Both the position numbers and the translations under genes were made by a program. A DNA stretch of 16,248 nucleotides from Candidatus Caldarchaeum sp. (GTDB taxonomy: Archaea > Thermoproteota > Nitrososphaeria_A > Caldarchaeales > Caldarchaeaceae). Positions 1-8,838 of the stretch are shown here, piece after piece. Position 1 is the stretch's first letter, and the number at the start of each line of letters is the position of its first letter. The notes below the pieces were generated by a model. It was not told the origin of the DNA and made no database searches. It saw nothing but the letters and a program-made list of their open reading frames with translations. The stretch lies in contig JAWBRA010000032.1 of NCBI GenBank assembly GCA_038844785.1, positions 1 to 16,248 of the forward strand, read 5' to 3'.

Positions 1-2
1 GA

Positions 3-317
3 AATGGCCGTAAGATGAAGATCTACCGTGGAATGGCCAGCCTCTACGCCATGCTAGCCAAAAACAGCAGGGCTGGGGAGGATGACATACTGCAGGACGC
101 ATCCGACTACAGCTACATGGCTGAAGGTGTTGAAGCATACGTTCCATACAAGGGCTCGGCGTCCGACGTGATAAGACAGCTGACCGCAGGCCTCAGGTCT
201 GGGCTGAGCTACCTCGGCGCCCGCAGCATCGAGGAGCTTCAGCAGCACGCCGTTTTCATCAGGATTACTGAGGCAGGGCTGAAGGAAAGCCATCCGCATG
301 ACGTCGAACCCGTATGA
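3..317 (+). CDS. guaB: IMP dehydrogenase, C-terminal part (5' truncated by window edge)
   Basis: Frame is open from position 3. Contains YRGMAS, AEGVEAYVPYKG, GLRSGLSYLGA and terminal ESHPHDV, all typical of the IMPDH C-terminus. Overlaps purA by 4 bp (ATGA). Confidence 0.95.
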   Translation, partial: NGRKMKIYRGMASLYAMLAKNSRAGEDDILQDASDYSYMAEGVEAYVPYKGSASDVIRQLTAGLRSGLSYLGARSIEELQQHAVFIRITEAGLKESHPHDVEPV

Positions 318-1558
318 GCAAGGCCGACATAATAATAGGTTTGCAGTGGGGAGATGAGGGGAAGGGCAAGATATCCTACGTTCTGTCGCACGATGCCGAG
401 GCTGTCGTAAGGTTTCAGGGAGGGGCCAACGCCGGGCATACAGTCATGGTCGAAGGACAGCGTTACAAGTTCAACATGCTTCCAGCCGGATGTTTGGCGG
501 GGCCCAAGCCTGTGATAGCCGCTGGATGCCTCCTCGACGTCGAAGCCTTCGAGAGAGAAACCAGCCTGCTAAAAAAGCTCAGACATCCACATCAGCCGTT
601 GGTGAGCAGGTCAGCCCAGCTCATACTGCCGTTTCACCGCGAGCTGGACGGCCGCCTGGAAGAGCTGAGGGCAGGCTCAGCCATAGGGACGACGAGACGT
701 GGCATAGGCCCCGCATACAGTGACAAGATGCTGAGGGTGGGCGTAAGAGCTGGGGAGATAGAAAACACGGCGGTTGCTGTGGAGAAGATAAACTTTCTCA
801 AAAAGCTTCACGGCGTAGAGTCCGAAGCCGATTTAGACAGAATCAAAACAACGTTAGCACCGTATTTGGGAGATGTCGAGCTTTTTCTGAACGAGCTGCT
901 TGACTCAGGCGGCCGAGTAGTTTTGGAAGGAGCTCAGGGAGTTTTGCTCGACATAGACCATGGAACATATCCGTACGTCACTTCGTCCAACACGGTTGCC
1001 GCAGCCGGCTGCGTAAGCACGGGAATTCCCATCTCAAAGGTCGGCGAAATTGTCGGGGTGATGAAAGCTTACACGACACGTGTTGGAGCAGGGCCCTTCC
1101 CCACAGAGGTCAACGGCAGTTTAGCTGAGAGGATAAGGGAGGCGGGCGGAGAGTATGGAACGACGACCGGAAGGCCACGTAGGGTTGGATGGCTTGACAT
1201 CCCAGCCCTCAAATACGCATGCATGCTTAACGGCGTCAACAGCATCGCCGTGACAAAGCTCGACGTCCTCGACGGAATCTCATCGGTGAAAGTCTGCGTA
1301 AGATACGTGGTAGACGGGGAGGAGATGGAAAGCTTCGCTCATGCAAGACACAATCTCGACGCCGCAAAGCCTGTTTACGTTGAGTTTAAAGGCTGGAACA
1401 TGGGTCGTGAGGGCTGGCTCAAAGCTGTTAGAAAAGGATGGGAGGAACTGCCGTCAGCAGTCAGAGAATACCTTGGATGGCTTGAGAAAACCCTCAAGGT
1501 GGAGATAGGGCTCGTCTCCGTGGGGGAGGACGCCAGCATGGTTGTGAAAAAAGCATGA
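314..1558 (+). CDS. purA: Adenylosuccinate synthetase
   Basis: Signature motifs GLQWGDEGKGK, RFQGGANAGHT, IGTTRRGIGPAY, EGAQG, GTYPYVTSS, GTTTGRPRRVGWLD and TKLDVLD. Confidence 0.98.
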   Translation: MSKADIIIGLQWGDEGKGKISYVLSHDAEAVVRFQGGANAGHTVMVEGQRYKFNMLPAGCLAGPKPVIAAGCLLDVEAFERETSLLKKLRHPHQPLVSRSAQLILPFHRELDGRLEELRAGSAIGTTRRGIGPAYSDKMLRVGVRAGEIENTAVAVEKINFLKKLHGVESEADLDRIKTTLAPYLGDVELFLNELLDSGGRVVLEGAQGVLLDIDHGTYPYVTSSNTVAAAGCVSTGIPISKVGEIVGVMKAYTTRVGAGPFPTEVNGSLAERIREAGGEYGTTTGRPRRVGWLDIPALKYACMLNGVNSIAVTKLDVLDGISSVKVCVRYVVDGEEMESFAHARHNLDAAKPVYVEFKGWNMGREGWLKAVRKGWEELPSAVREYLGWLEKTLKVEIGLVSVGEDASMVVKKA

Positions 1559-2952
1559 CCTCCGACGACACGTTAAACCGTTTGGAGGCCATAACCCCCG
1601 TCGACGGACGCTACAGAGAGAGTTTACGGGAGTGCAGCCGCTACTTCAGCGAACACGCCCTCATAAGATACAGGCTATTTGTTGAGGTGAGGTTTCTCCA
1701 TGCTTTTCTCGAAGCCATAGGCTGGAGGGGAGACCTGTTGAAGCTCGAAGCGCTTGCAAGAGATGTTTTGGAGATGCCCGTTAGCGATGCAGAGGAGGTT
1801 AAACAGCTTGAGAAAAAGCTCGGCCATGACGTCGCTGCAGCGACATCCTACCTTGAGAAAAGGCTCGACCAGCTCAGCCTCTCCGAGTTAAAACCCTTCA
1901 TACATTTTGGACTAACCTCGGAAGACGTGAACAACATAGCATACTCTCTCATGGCAAAGAGCTTCATAAACGAAACATACATCCCAGAGATGCTGAAGCT
2001 AGTGGAAACGCTTACAGACTTGGCGGAGAAACATAGTTCAACAGCTTTCCTTGCACGCACTCACGGCCAGCCCGCAGTCCCAACAACTTTCGGAAGCTAT
2101 ATCGCCAACTACGCCTACAGGCTTGCATCACTTGTTTCGAAGCTCAAAAACATCAAGCTACAGGCAAAGCTTGGCGGAGCCGTGGGAGACCTCTCCTCGC
2201 TCAAAACAACTTATCCCGAGGTCGACTGGCTTGCTTTCGCCGAGAGGTTCGTGAACTCGTTCGGGCTTGAACACACCCCGGCTTCAACACAGATACTGCC
2301 GCATGAACGTATGTCTGAACTCCTCAACACTATCGCCTCGGCAAACACGTTGATCGCAAACCTTTGCAGAGACATGTGGATTCTCGGAAGCCTAGGACTT
2401 GTAGCGTTCAGCAAACACGCTGCAGAAGTGCATTCATCAACAATGCCTCAGAAAAGAAACCCACTACTGTTTGAGAACGCGGAAGGAGCCCTCGACCTCT
2501 CAACATCCATGCTCAGCTACATGTCCACAAGACTGATCTCGTCACGCCTTCACAGAGACCTCTCAGACTCGATCATCAAACGCTTCTACGGTACAGCATT
2601 AGCGTTAAGCCTTCTCGGCGTAAAAAACACATACAGAGCTCTAGGAGAACTTTATGCCAACACAGAAGCGATGCGTAAAGAGGTTGAAACACACAAACAT
2701 GCGATAATGCTGGAAGCTGTGCAGCTGATGCTCCGCAAGCACGGAGTTGAGGATGGCTACAGGATTGCAGCCGAAGCAGCTGAAAAAGGATTTGAATGGC
2801 TCGAACAACAGCTGAAAAAACTCGGAAAAGACCCCACAACAATCATCAAAACAACAGACCACTACATACAAGCCGCCGCCGAAAAAACCACATTCCTACT
2901 GAACAGAACCAGAAACATTTTAAGTTACCTAGGTAACCAGTTACCTAGGTAA
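1555..2952 (+). CDS. purB: Adenylosuccinate lyase
   Basis: TPVDGRY, HFGLTSEDVNN, RTHGQPA and fumarase-superfamily signature SSTMPQKRNP. Overlaps purA by ATGA. Confidence 0.96.
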   Translation: MTSDDTLNRLEAITPVDGRYRESLRECSRYFSEHALIRYRLFVEVRFLHAFLEAIGWRGDLLKLEALARDVLEMPVSDAEEVKQLEKKLGHDVAAATSYLEKRLDQLSLSELKPFIHFGLTSEDVNNIAYSLMAKSFINETYIPEMLKLVETLTDLAEKHSSTAFLARTHGQPAVPTTFGSYIANYAYRLASLVSKLKNIKLQAKLGGAVGDLSSLKTTYPEVDWLAFAERFVNSFGLEHTPASTQILPHERMSELLNTIASANTLIANLCRDMWILGSLGLVAFSKHAAEVHSSTMPQKRNPLLFENAEGALDLSTSMLSYMSTRLISSRLHRDLSDSIIKRFYGTALALSLLGVKNTYRALGELYANTEAMRKEVETHKHAIMLEAVQLMLRKHGVEDGYRIAAEAAEKGFEWLEQQLKKLGKDPTTIIKTTDHYIQAAAEKTTFLLNRTRNILSYLGNQLPR

Positions 2953-2955
2953 CTT
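2922..2955. promoter_or_regulatory. Doubled palindrome (2 x GTTACCTAGGTAAC), probable operator in the ATPase promoter
   Basis: Perfect 14-bp palindromes at 2924-2937 and 2940-2953 (16-bp period). The whole of 2922-2955 is an inverted repeat around a CA centre. It lies between a TATA-like TTTTAAG (2918-2924) and the TTG start at 2954. Confidence 0.7.
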
Positions 2956-3929
2956 GCTTTTCGACATAAGACCCAAGGAAAGGCTGGAAGACCTCTTCGG
3001 CAGACGCGAGCATTTCGAGGAGCTTTCGCGTTATGTGAAGCGTGGCTTATGGGTTGCTGTTTTAGGGAAAAGGATGACGGGCAAGACATCGCTGGTGAAG
3101 ACTTTCGCAAACAAGGTGAACGGAATTTACGTCAACTTGATGGGTGTAAAAGGAATAAATGGTTTGGTTGAAAAACTCGCCTCCGCCTCCGGTCTTAAGC
3201 TTGAGGAGTTAAGACTCAGCCTTCAGGTTGCAGAGCTGAAGAGGTCGAGGATTACTGAGAACGTGTTCGCCGCATACAAGGACAAAGTGATAGTTTTAGA
3301 CGAGGTTCAGGAAATCGCTTCACCACATTTCCTCAAGCTCCTCAAAAACCTCTGGGACACCTATCCGAAGCTTCGGCTTGTTTTCACAGGCTCTTACATG
3401 GGCGTCTTAAAAAAACTGTTGGAACCCGCGCCCACCTCACCGTTGTACGGAAGGCAGCCTGCAAAAATTGTTCTTGAACCATTTTTCAAGAGATATGTCT
3501 GTTGAGTTTCTTCGAAAAGGTTTCGAACAGCTGGATATTGTGCCGAAGGCTGCCGAGCTAGAAGAGGTTGTGGAGAAGCTGAATGGTTATGTTGGCTGGC
3601 TAACCTATTATGGAAACTTCCGATGCATGAGAAAACTACCCCACAGCAAGGCCTTAAACCAGACGTTTAAAGAAGGTGTGAAAATAATGATGCAAGAACT
3701 GGATCGTTTCTTGGAAAACAAAAAACCGGAAACATATCTGAAGGTTTTGAAGATGGCTGTTTTCGGCGTCCGATGGAGTGAGATGGCTGAAAACCTCGGA
3801 ATCAACAGCAAAGTCTTATCAGACGTGGTAAGCAGACTTGTTGACGTTGGATTTTTGGAGAAAGACAGCGGCCTGTATCTTGTCTCCGACCCCCTTCTGA
3901 GAATGGCTGTGAAAAAGATACGGATTTAG
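2954..3929 (+). pseudogene. Archaeal AAA-type ATPase with C-terminal winged HTH, split by a single-base frameshift
   Basis: ORF 2954-3505 has MLFDIRPK, Walker A GKRMTGKTS, Walker B VIVLDEVQE, FTGS and PLYGR. ORF 3468-3929 continues the family pattern (GYVGWLTYYG, RWSEM..., DPLL). Removing one T from the T5 run at 3482-3486 gives ...LEPFSRDMSVEFL... and a single 324-aa protein. Confidence 0.85.
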
Positions 3930-5260
3930 AAGGCTGATTTTGTGAAGTTAATTTTTTCGACCAAGGCTGCGGGAGCGTATGTCGGAATCTCTACCTCCCA
4001 CCATTTTACCCAGTATCTTTCGCTGCCCAAAGCTCTTACACCCCTTAGGATGTTGAGGATGTTGTCGCTGAGCCGTAGGCCTTTCAACGGCTTCTCGACG
4101 CTTCCGTTCTTTATCAGGAAGAGGCCGTCGCGAGGTATTGTGGAGAACTCGCCCGTCCTATAGTTTTGGTAGCGGAGATACCAGTCGTTCGTCACCCAGA
4201 TGCCGTTGTCTATGGATGAGACGAGTTTTTCGAAGGGTTTGTCGCCTGTTTTGCAGACTAGGTTGAAGGGATGGGGAACTATGAGGCCTGCGTTGGCCGT
4301 GGTTTGGGTGTTGAATTTCTTCGCCGTGGTGCTGTTGTGCAGATAAGTTTTGAGAACCCCCTCCTCGAAGATGGTGTTACGTCTTGTCGGAACTCCCTCG
4401 CCGTCAAACGGCGCTGCCCCATAGCTGCCCACCAAAGTCGGGTCATCCCATAGGCTGAAAACATCCGAAGCCGCTTTCTGACCCAAAAGCCCCGTCAAAA
4501 ACGACATCTCCCCATCCACGTAGAAAGCCGAAGCCCATGTCCCAACCTGCTCGAGTATGTGTGCAAAGGTCATAGGTCCCAGAAGCCCCTCGTAAACACC
4601 GGCATCTCCATCCACGGGGTTGAGCGCCATCTTCGCAATCTCACCAGCCTTCAAACCCGCTTCGTAGGGCTTGAATTCTTTAGTGTTTGCGGCGACTGAG
4701 ACGAAGTGGCCTGTGGCGTCGTCTGCGGCGAAGGCTCTCACGGAAATCTCCAAACCAACAGTTGATGCGACCGCTTCAACGCCGCCGCTCGTCGTCAGCC
4801 TAACCCTTCCACGGCTGTAGACAAGGCTTCCCGCAACCCGTTTAGCACCGTTCTCCAGCCCGCCGTTCACAGCAGCCTCAACATACTCAACAAGCTTCTC
4901 CGGCTCCACAACCTCGACAACGGGTTTTAGAAGCCTTTTATCGTATTTGAAAGGCCCTTCAGGAAGCGGAGCGTAGACGTCTGCCTCAGGCGATGTCTTA
5001 GCCGTCGCAACAGCCTGTCTCACCATGTCTTCTAAAGATTTCTCCGACATCTCGGTGGTTGAACGTATGGCTCTCTTTCCCTTTATGCTCACATACACCT
5101 CCGCCGACTCAACCAAACCATGTTTCGAGACGGTTATCTCGTTGTTGGAAAAACGTATCATTTGACGCGTTGTTTCATACGTGGTTAAAGCCACGTCCGA
5201 AGCCCCAAGCCTCCGGGCAAGCCTAACAAGCCTTCTGTGAAGGTTTGCATCCAGCTTCAA
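3926..5260 (-). CDS. TldE/PmbA family protein (non-catalytic subunit of the TldD/TldE peptidase)
   Basis: IRFSNNEIT N-terminus, DDPT...PFDGEGVPT, GVLKTYLHN, TTANAG, TGEFS, and C-terminal LRLSDN..APAALV. The TldD HExxGH zinc motif is absent. Confidence 0.9.
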   Translation of the reverse strand: MKLDANLHRRLVRLARRLGASDVALTTYETTRQMIRFSNNEITVSKHGLVESAEVYVSIKGKRAIRSTTEMSEKSLEDMVRQAVATAKTSPEADVYAPLPEGPFKYDKRLLKPVVEVVEPEKLVEYVEAAVNGGLENGAKRVAGSLVYSRGRVRLTTSGGVEAVASTVGLEISVRAFAADDATGHFVSVAANTKEFKPYEAGLKAGEIAKMALNPVDGDAGVYEGLLGPMTFAHILEQVGTWASAFYVDGEMSFLTGLLGQKAASDVFSLWDDPTLVGSYGAAPFDGEGVPTRRNTIFEEGVLKTYLHNSTTAKKFNTQTTANAGLIVPHPFNLVCKTGDKPFEKLVSSIDNGIWVTNDWYLRYQNYRTGEFSTIPRDGLFLIKNGSVEKPLKGLRLSDNILNILRGVRALGSERYWVKWWEVEIPTYAPAALVEKINFTKSAF

Positions 5261-5328
5261 ACCAGCTTGAGAACGCAGAAGTCATAATTATATGTATCGG
5301 AGAGCGGTGGAAACACTTTTTCCAAGGC

Positions 5329-6852
5329 TTGTCGGTTTATGAAACGGTGTTGCTGCCGCGGGTTGACGCTATTCTGAAAGAGAAACACTTAGGCGAGGTT
5401 GAGGCTGCTTTCATCATCCCCGCTAGAAAAACACCCGAGCTTCACGTAATTCTCAAAAGGCTGAAACAAGGTGTTAAAGTTTCGCGGAGCAACGGCTTCA
5501 GGCTATATCTCATAGATTCTAAGGCGTTTGAGGAAGATGTTGTGAACATGGTTTACGCCGAGACGTTGGCCCACAAGCTTTTAATTCCATTCCAGCCGGT
5601 TCAAGGCGAGCATTTTCTACGCCGGCTTGAGAAAGAGTACAAGAAAGAGATTATCATCCAGCTGTTGAAAGACCTTGTCTCAGAGCATAAGCTCGCCGCC
5701 GCCAACCTCATGATAGACGTGCGATACTTTCTGTATGAAAAGGTGAGAAGGCTTGTAGAGGTTTTACCGTTGATGAGAACTGAGCTTGTTGAAGGGCTTG
5801 AGAATGATGTAGAGTCGGTCAAAGGGTTTGAGAGCGCCGCTGAAGAGCTTGTCCATGAAGGCCTGCTATTGAAGAGGAACGGATATTACACGCCCAGCCT
5901 AGATGCTGTGAAAAGCTTCGGGAAAATACCTGTTTTAAGCGGGTTGGAACAGCTGAGGAAAGTCAACATCCTTAAGCTGTCGAAGGCTTTCACGCTGCTT
6001 GTGTTCGACGTGGCCTCGCGTTTCACGGGTCCCGTAGCCCATTTGCCAGACCCAGACCAATACATTTTCCTCATCACATCCCGCGGCCTTCAGCCGTTGT
6101 CAAAACAGCTTGACATGCTGGATTTTGTGAAAGAATTTTACGGAGGCGAGGCGAGGGTTAAAAGAGTTGGCGGGCTTTTCAACTCGACTTATGTAATAGA
6201 GGTGGACTCTGTGAAGCTTTTCGCCAAACGTTATCTGAGCTGGACCGACGTCAAATGGGTTGCGGCAAGGGTTTGGACAGCCTGGGTTAAAGACTTCTCG
6301 ATAAACCCTTCCACACGCATGGCTAAAGAGATCTACTTCCTTAACCATTTACGCAACCAAGGCTTCAACACGCCTGAAATACTGCACGTCAACTGGAACG
6401 GCAAAATCCTTTTCACATCATACGTCGAAGGCACAAACCTGATGGCTGCATGGCTGGAGAAAGAAGGGGGACGAAACGATTTTGCACGTCAGGTTGGCGA
6501 AACCCTAGCCCGCATACATGGAAAAGGAGTGCAGCTGGGCGACTGCAAGCCCGAGACCTTCATAAAATCAGCGGAAGGCCAGATGTACGTTACCGACGTT
6601 GAGCAGGCCTCGACGGAAGGAGACCCTGCATGGGATTTGATGGAGCTAGTCTTCTATCTAGGTCATTATCTCGACGCGGAGGAAGCTGCGTCGTTCGCGG
6701 CCGAGGTCGTTGAAGGCTATGCTAAGGCTGGGAGCCTAGAGACGGTTCGAAAAGCTCTCAAGCCAAGCTATGTCAGAACCATGGCTCTCTGGACTCCGCC
6801 ATGGGTTCAGAAGGAAATCATCGACAGGGTTAAAGCGTTTTTAAAAGCTTGA
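5329..6852 (+). CDS. Protein kinase-like (Bud32/RIO/Kdo-kinase-like) phosphotransferase with a large N-terminal domain, possibly a degenerate nucleotidyltransferase fold
   Basis: C-terminal kinase motifs: Gly-rich VGGLFNSTY, FAKRY (Lys), RMAKE (helix C Glu), HGKGVQLGDCKPET (catalytic loop), TDVEQA (DFG equivalent) and AWDL. The start is placed at in-frame TTG 5329 (GTG 5347 is possible), because the ORF-track start at 5245 overlaps the divergent tldE start and TATA-like TTATAT is at 5288-5293. Confidence 0.75.
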   Translation: MSVYETVLLPRVDAILKEKHLGEVEAAFIIPARKTPELHVILKRLKQGVKVSRSNGFRLYLIDSKAFEEDVVNMVYAETLAHKLLIPFQPVQGEHFLRRLEKEYKKEIIIQLLKDLVSEHKLAAANLMIDVRYFLYEKVRRLVEVLPLMRTELVEGLENDVESVKGFESAAEELVHEGLLLKRNGYYTPSLDAVKSFGKIPVLSGLEQLRKVNILKLSKAFTLLVFDVASRFTGPVAHLPDPDQYIFLITSRGLQPLSKQLDMLDFVKEFYGGEARVKRVGGLFNSTYVIEVDSVKLFAKRYLSWTDVKWVAARVWTAWVKDFSINPSTRMAKEIYFLNHLRNQGFNTPEILHVNWNGKILFTSYVEGTNLMAAWLEKEGGRNDFARQVGETLARIHGKGVQLGDCKPETFIKSAEGQMYVTDVEQASTEGDPAWDLMELVFYLGHYLDAEEAASFAAEVVEGYAKAGSLETVRKALKPSYVRTMALWTPPWVQKEIIDRVKAFLKA

Positions 6853-7867
6853 CATACTCTATGTTCGCTGTCTTGACGGAGCCGACGAGAAGGCTGTAGT
6901 ACGTCACTCCTCTGACAAGGTCTTCAACCTTCTCAAGCTTGCCAACAGCTTCTACAAGATCCCCCTCCCTGAACAGGCTTGCGAAAGTAGTGTCGTAGCA
7001 GAGAAGGGTTTCAACCTCGCCAGCCATGTCCTCAACACGGTAAACTGCTGGCGTGAAAACCCCTTCAGAAGCATCCACAATACGTAGAGTTGTTTTCCTT
7101 ACTCCAACAGTTTTATACAGCCTTGTCCCATACTCGGCTGTAATCTCTTCGGAAAGCCTGACCGCGTGCAAAGAGTAGAAAACGCCTTCGAAAACCCCGC
7201 GTGTCCAGCATCTGGCCGCCAGTTTTTCAGCGTCTTCAGCTGTGATGGGGTATTTTGTCATGTAGTTTTTGACGAGCATGTTTTGGGTCTGCTTTACATC
7301 CTGTGATGTCTGCGTTTGACGGGAGGTGTTTACGGCTTTCCTGAAGTTTTCACCGCCGTACACTATTAGGTCGATGTCGGCGGCTGGGTTGTGCAGCTGG
7401 AGCAGCAGCGAGCCTGAAACGCCGAAAAACATCCCGTCAACACCAGACCCAGCGGAGATTCTTTCCACAAGCTTTGCACAAAGTTCCTCGAGCTTGTTTG
7501 AAGGCTTGCGCAAAATCTTCTGAAGCCTTTCATCGCACCTGTAGTGTTTTCTTATGTTTTCGACCGGTATGTAGGTGAAGTCTTCGTCTGTAACGGGGTC
7601 GTGGTAGATGTACTGGGGCTTCAGCCGGCGTATCATTTCAAGGGCTTGAGCAAGCTCACGGGTCGTGTAAGCCGTTAAAATCCTTCGGTAGGTAACTCCT
7701 CCACGGGACCAAACACCTTCGCCGGGAACGTATTTCGGGTATGCGAGAACACGTCCAGGCGGATGCGTGTCGGAAACCACTCCGAAAAGCCATCCGTCAA
7801 CTGTCTCGAGGAAGTCATGGTCCCTGTACCAGTGTTTTTCATCCCTCACTCTACTCAGGCAGGTCAC
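6830..7867 (-). CDS. Predicted nucleotidyltransferase (pol-beta superfamily, COG1665-like), paralog 2
   Basis: GVSGSLLLQLHNPAADIDLIVYG fits the hG[GS]x9-13DhD motif. N-terminal HPPGRVLAYPKY and a C-terminal OB-like region (GDLVEAVGKLEKV). The exact start is uncertain. Confidence 0.85.
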   Translation of the reverse strand: MTCLSRVRDEKHWYRDHDFLETVDGWLFGVVSDTHPPGRVLAYPKYVPGEGVWSRGGVTYRRILTAYTTRELAQALEMIRRLKPQYIYHDPVTDEDFTYIPVENIRKHYRCDERLQKILRKPSNKLEELCAKLVERISAGSGVDGMFFGVSGSLLLQLHNPAADIDLIVYGGENFRKAVNTSRQTQTSQDVKQTQNMLVKNYMTKYPITAEDAEKLAARCWTRGVFEGVFYSLHAVRLSEEITAEYGTRLYKTVGVRKTTLRIVDASEGVFTPAVYRVEDMAGEVETLLCYDTTFASLFREGDLVEAVGKLEKVEDLVRGVTYYSLLVGSVKTANIEYVKLLKTL

Positions 7868-8774
7868 CCAAAATGTAGTCGTCTCTGCCTACTCCTACGT
7901 TAAGCCTGAGATATGAACCTGTTTTCGTTAAAACTTTTTCGAGAAGACCCCTAACTCTAACCCTGAAGCCTTTTTCAGCCATTTCAGCGAACCTGCTTCT
8001 GAAATAGATTATCTCCCTACACTCCCTTCCTATCTCATCTCCTTCGACAACCCTGACCCCATACCTGCCCGGCGTGTAGAAAGCCGTGGAATCGTCTACG
8101 ACCTCGACAACCGCTTCATAATTTTGGATTGGTTTACAGCGTGTGTCCTCCCATGTTTCCCAGAAGTTTTCGGGGACTATCTTCACGGTGTACAGGACGT
8201 TTTTGAAGACTCCTGTTAAGACTTTACGCTGTTCCGCTGCGGCCATTTCAACCGCTTTAGCGGTGTCTCTTCGGCTTTCGAGAAGGATGGTGAGGTTTTC
8301 AGCCGTCACAGGTTTTGTGAAGCCTTCCTTCCTCAGTTTGCTGAAGAGCTCGTAAGCTTTTCTTCCCTCTCCATACACAACGATGTCGATGTCGGATTTT
8401 TCGGTTGTGTAGCCTGTGAGAAGAGAGCCTGTGAAACCGAACTCAACCCTTGCCTCTGATAGATGTTGTGCAAGCTCTTCGGCGGCGGATACGAGTTTCG
8501 AAGGGCCCTGAGGAGTTTTGACGGGGTAAAGCCTGCGGAGTATCATGTTTTCGGGGATGGCTATGACAACCCTGCCTGTGTAAGGGTCGTCGAACAGATA
8601 GTCAGGCCTTTCCCTCAGCACATAATCTAACGCTTGGCTAAAGTCCTTAACCTTCACACCTTTCACAACCCTCGGCACTGCGTAAACCCTGCTGGGCGGA
8701 TGGACTAAACCCTTGACGGCGTAAACGTCGCCGTGAAAGTCGACCAAGTAACAGCCTTCTACAAGCCGTTGCAT
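7851..8774 (-). CDS. Predicted nucleotidyltransferase (pol-beta superfamily, COG1665-like), paralog 1
   Basis: GFTGSLLTGYTTEKSDIDIVVYG motif, N-terminal VKGLVHPPSRVYAVPR and C-terminal VRVRGLLEKV. Colinear similarity to the downstream paralog. Confidence 0.85.
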   Translation of the reverse strand: MQRLVEGCYLVDFHGDVYAVKGLVHPPSRVYAVPRVVKGVKVKDFSQALDYVLRERPDYLFDDPYTGRVVIAIPENMILRRLYPVKTPQGPSKLVSAAEELAQHLSEARVEFGFTGSLLTGYTTEKSDIDIVVYGEGRKAYELFSKLRKEGFTKPVTAENLTILLESRRDTAKAVEMAAAEQRKVLTGVFKNVLYTVKIVPENFWETWEDTRCKPIQNYEAVVEVVDDSTAFYTPGRYGVRVVEGDEIGRECREIIYFRSRFAEMAEKGFRVRVRGLLEKVLTKTGSYLRLNVGVGRDDYILGDLPE

Positions 8775-8838
8775 CTACTTTCTAACTTGGTTATTAAAGA
8801 AAAAAATTTATATCCATGTTAAAAAACAGCATTACAAC
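8775..8838. promoter_or_regulatory. Divergent archaeal promoter region
   Basis: AT-rich 64-bp gap. A purine run (GAAAAAAA, BRE-like) is followed by TTTATA at 8807-8812, about 27 bp before ATG 8839. AT-rich boxes also exist on the minus strand upstream of ATG 8774. Confidence 0.65.

Noticed and set aside
2922-2955. Repeat as a CRISPR remnant
   Set aside because: Only two 14-15 bp units 1-2 bp apart, with no spacers and no cas genes.
5245-5328. Upstream start of the kinase ORF
   Set aside because: It overlaps the divergent tldE start and the shared AT-rich promoter region.
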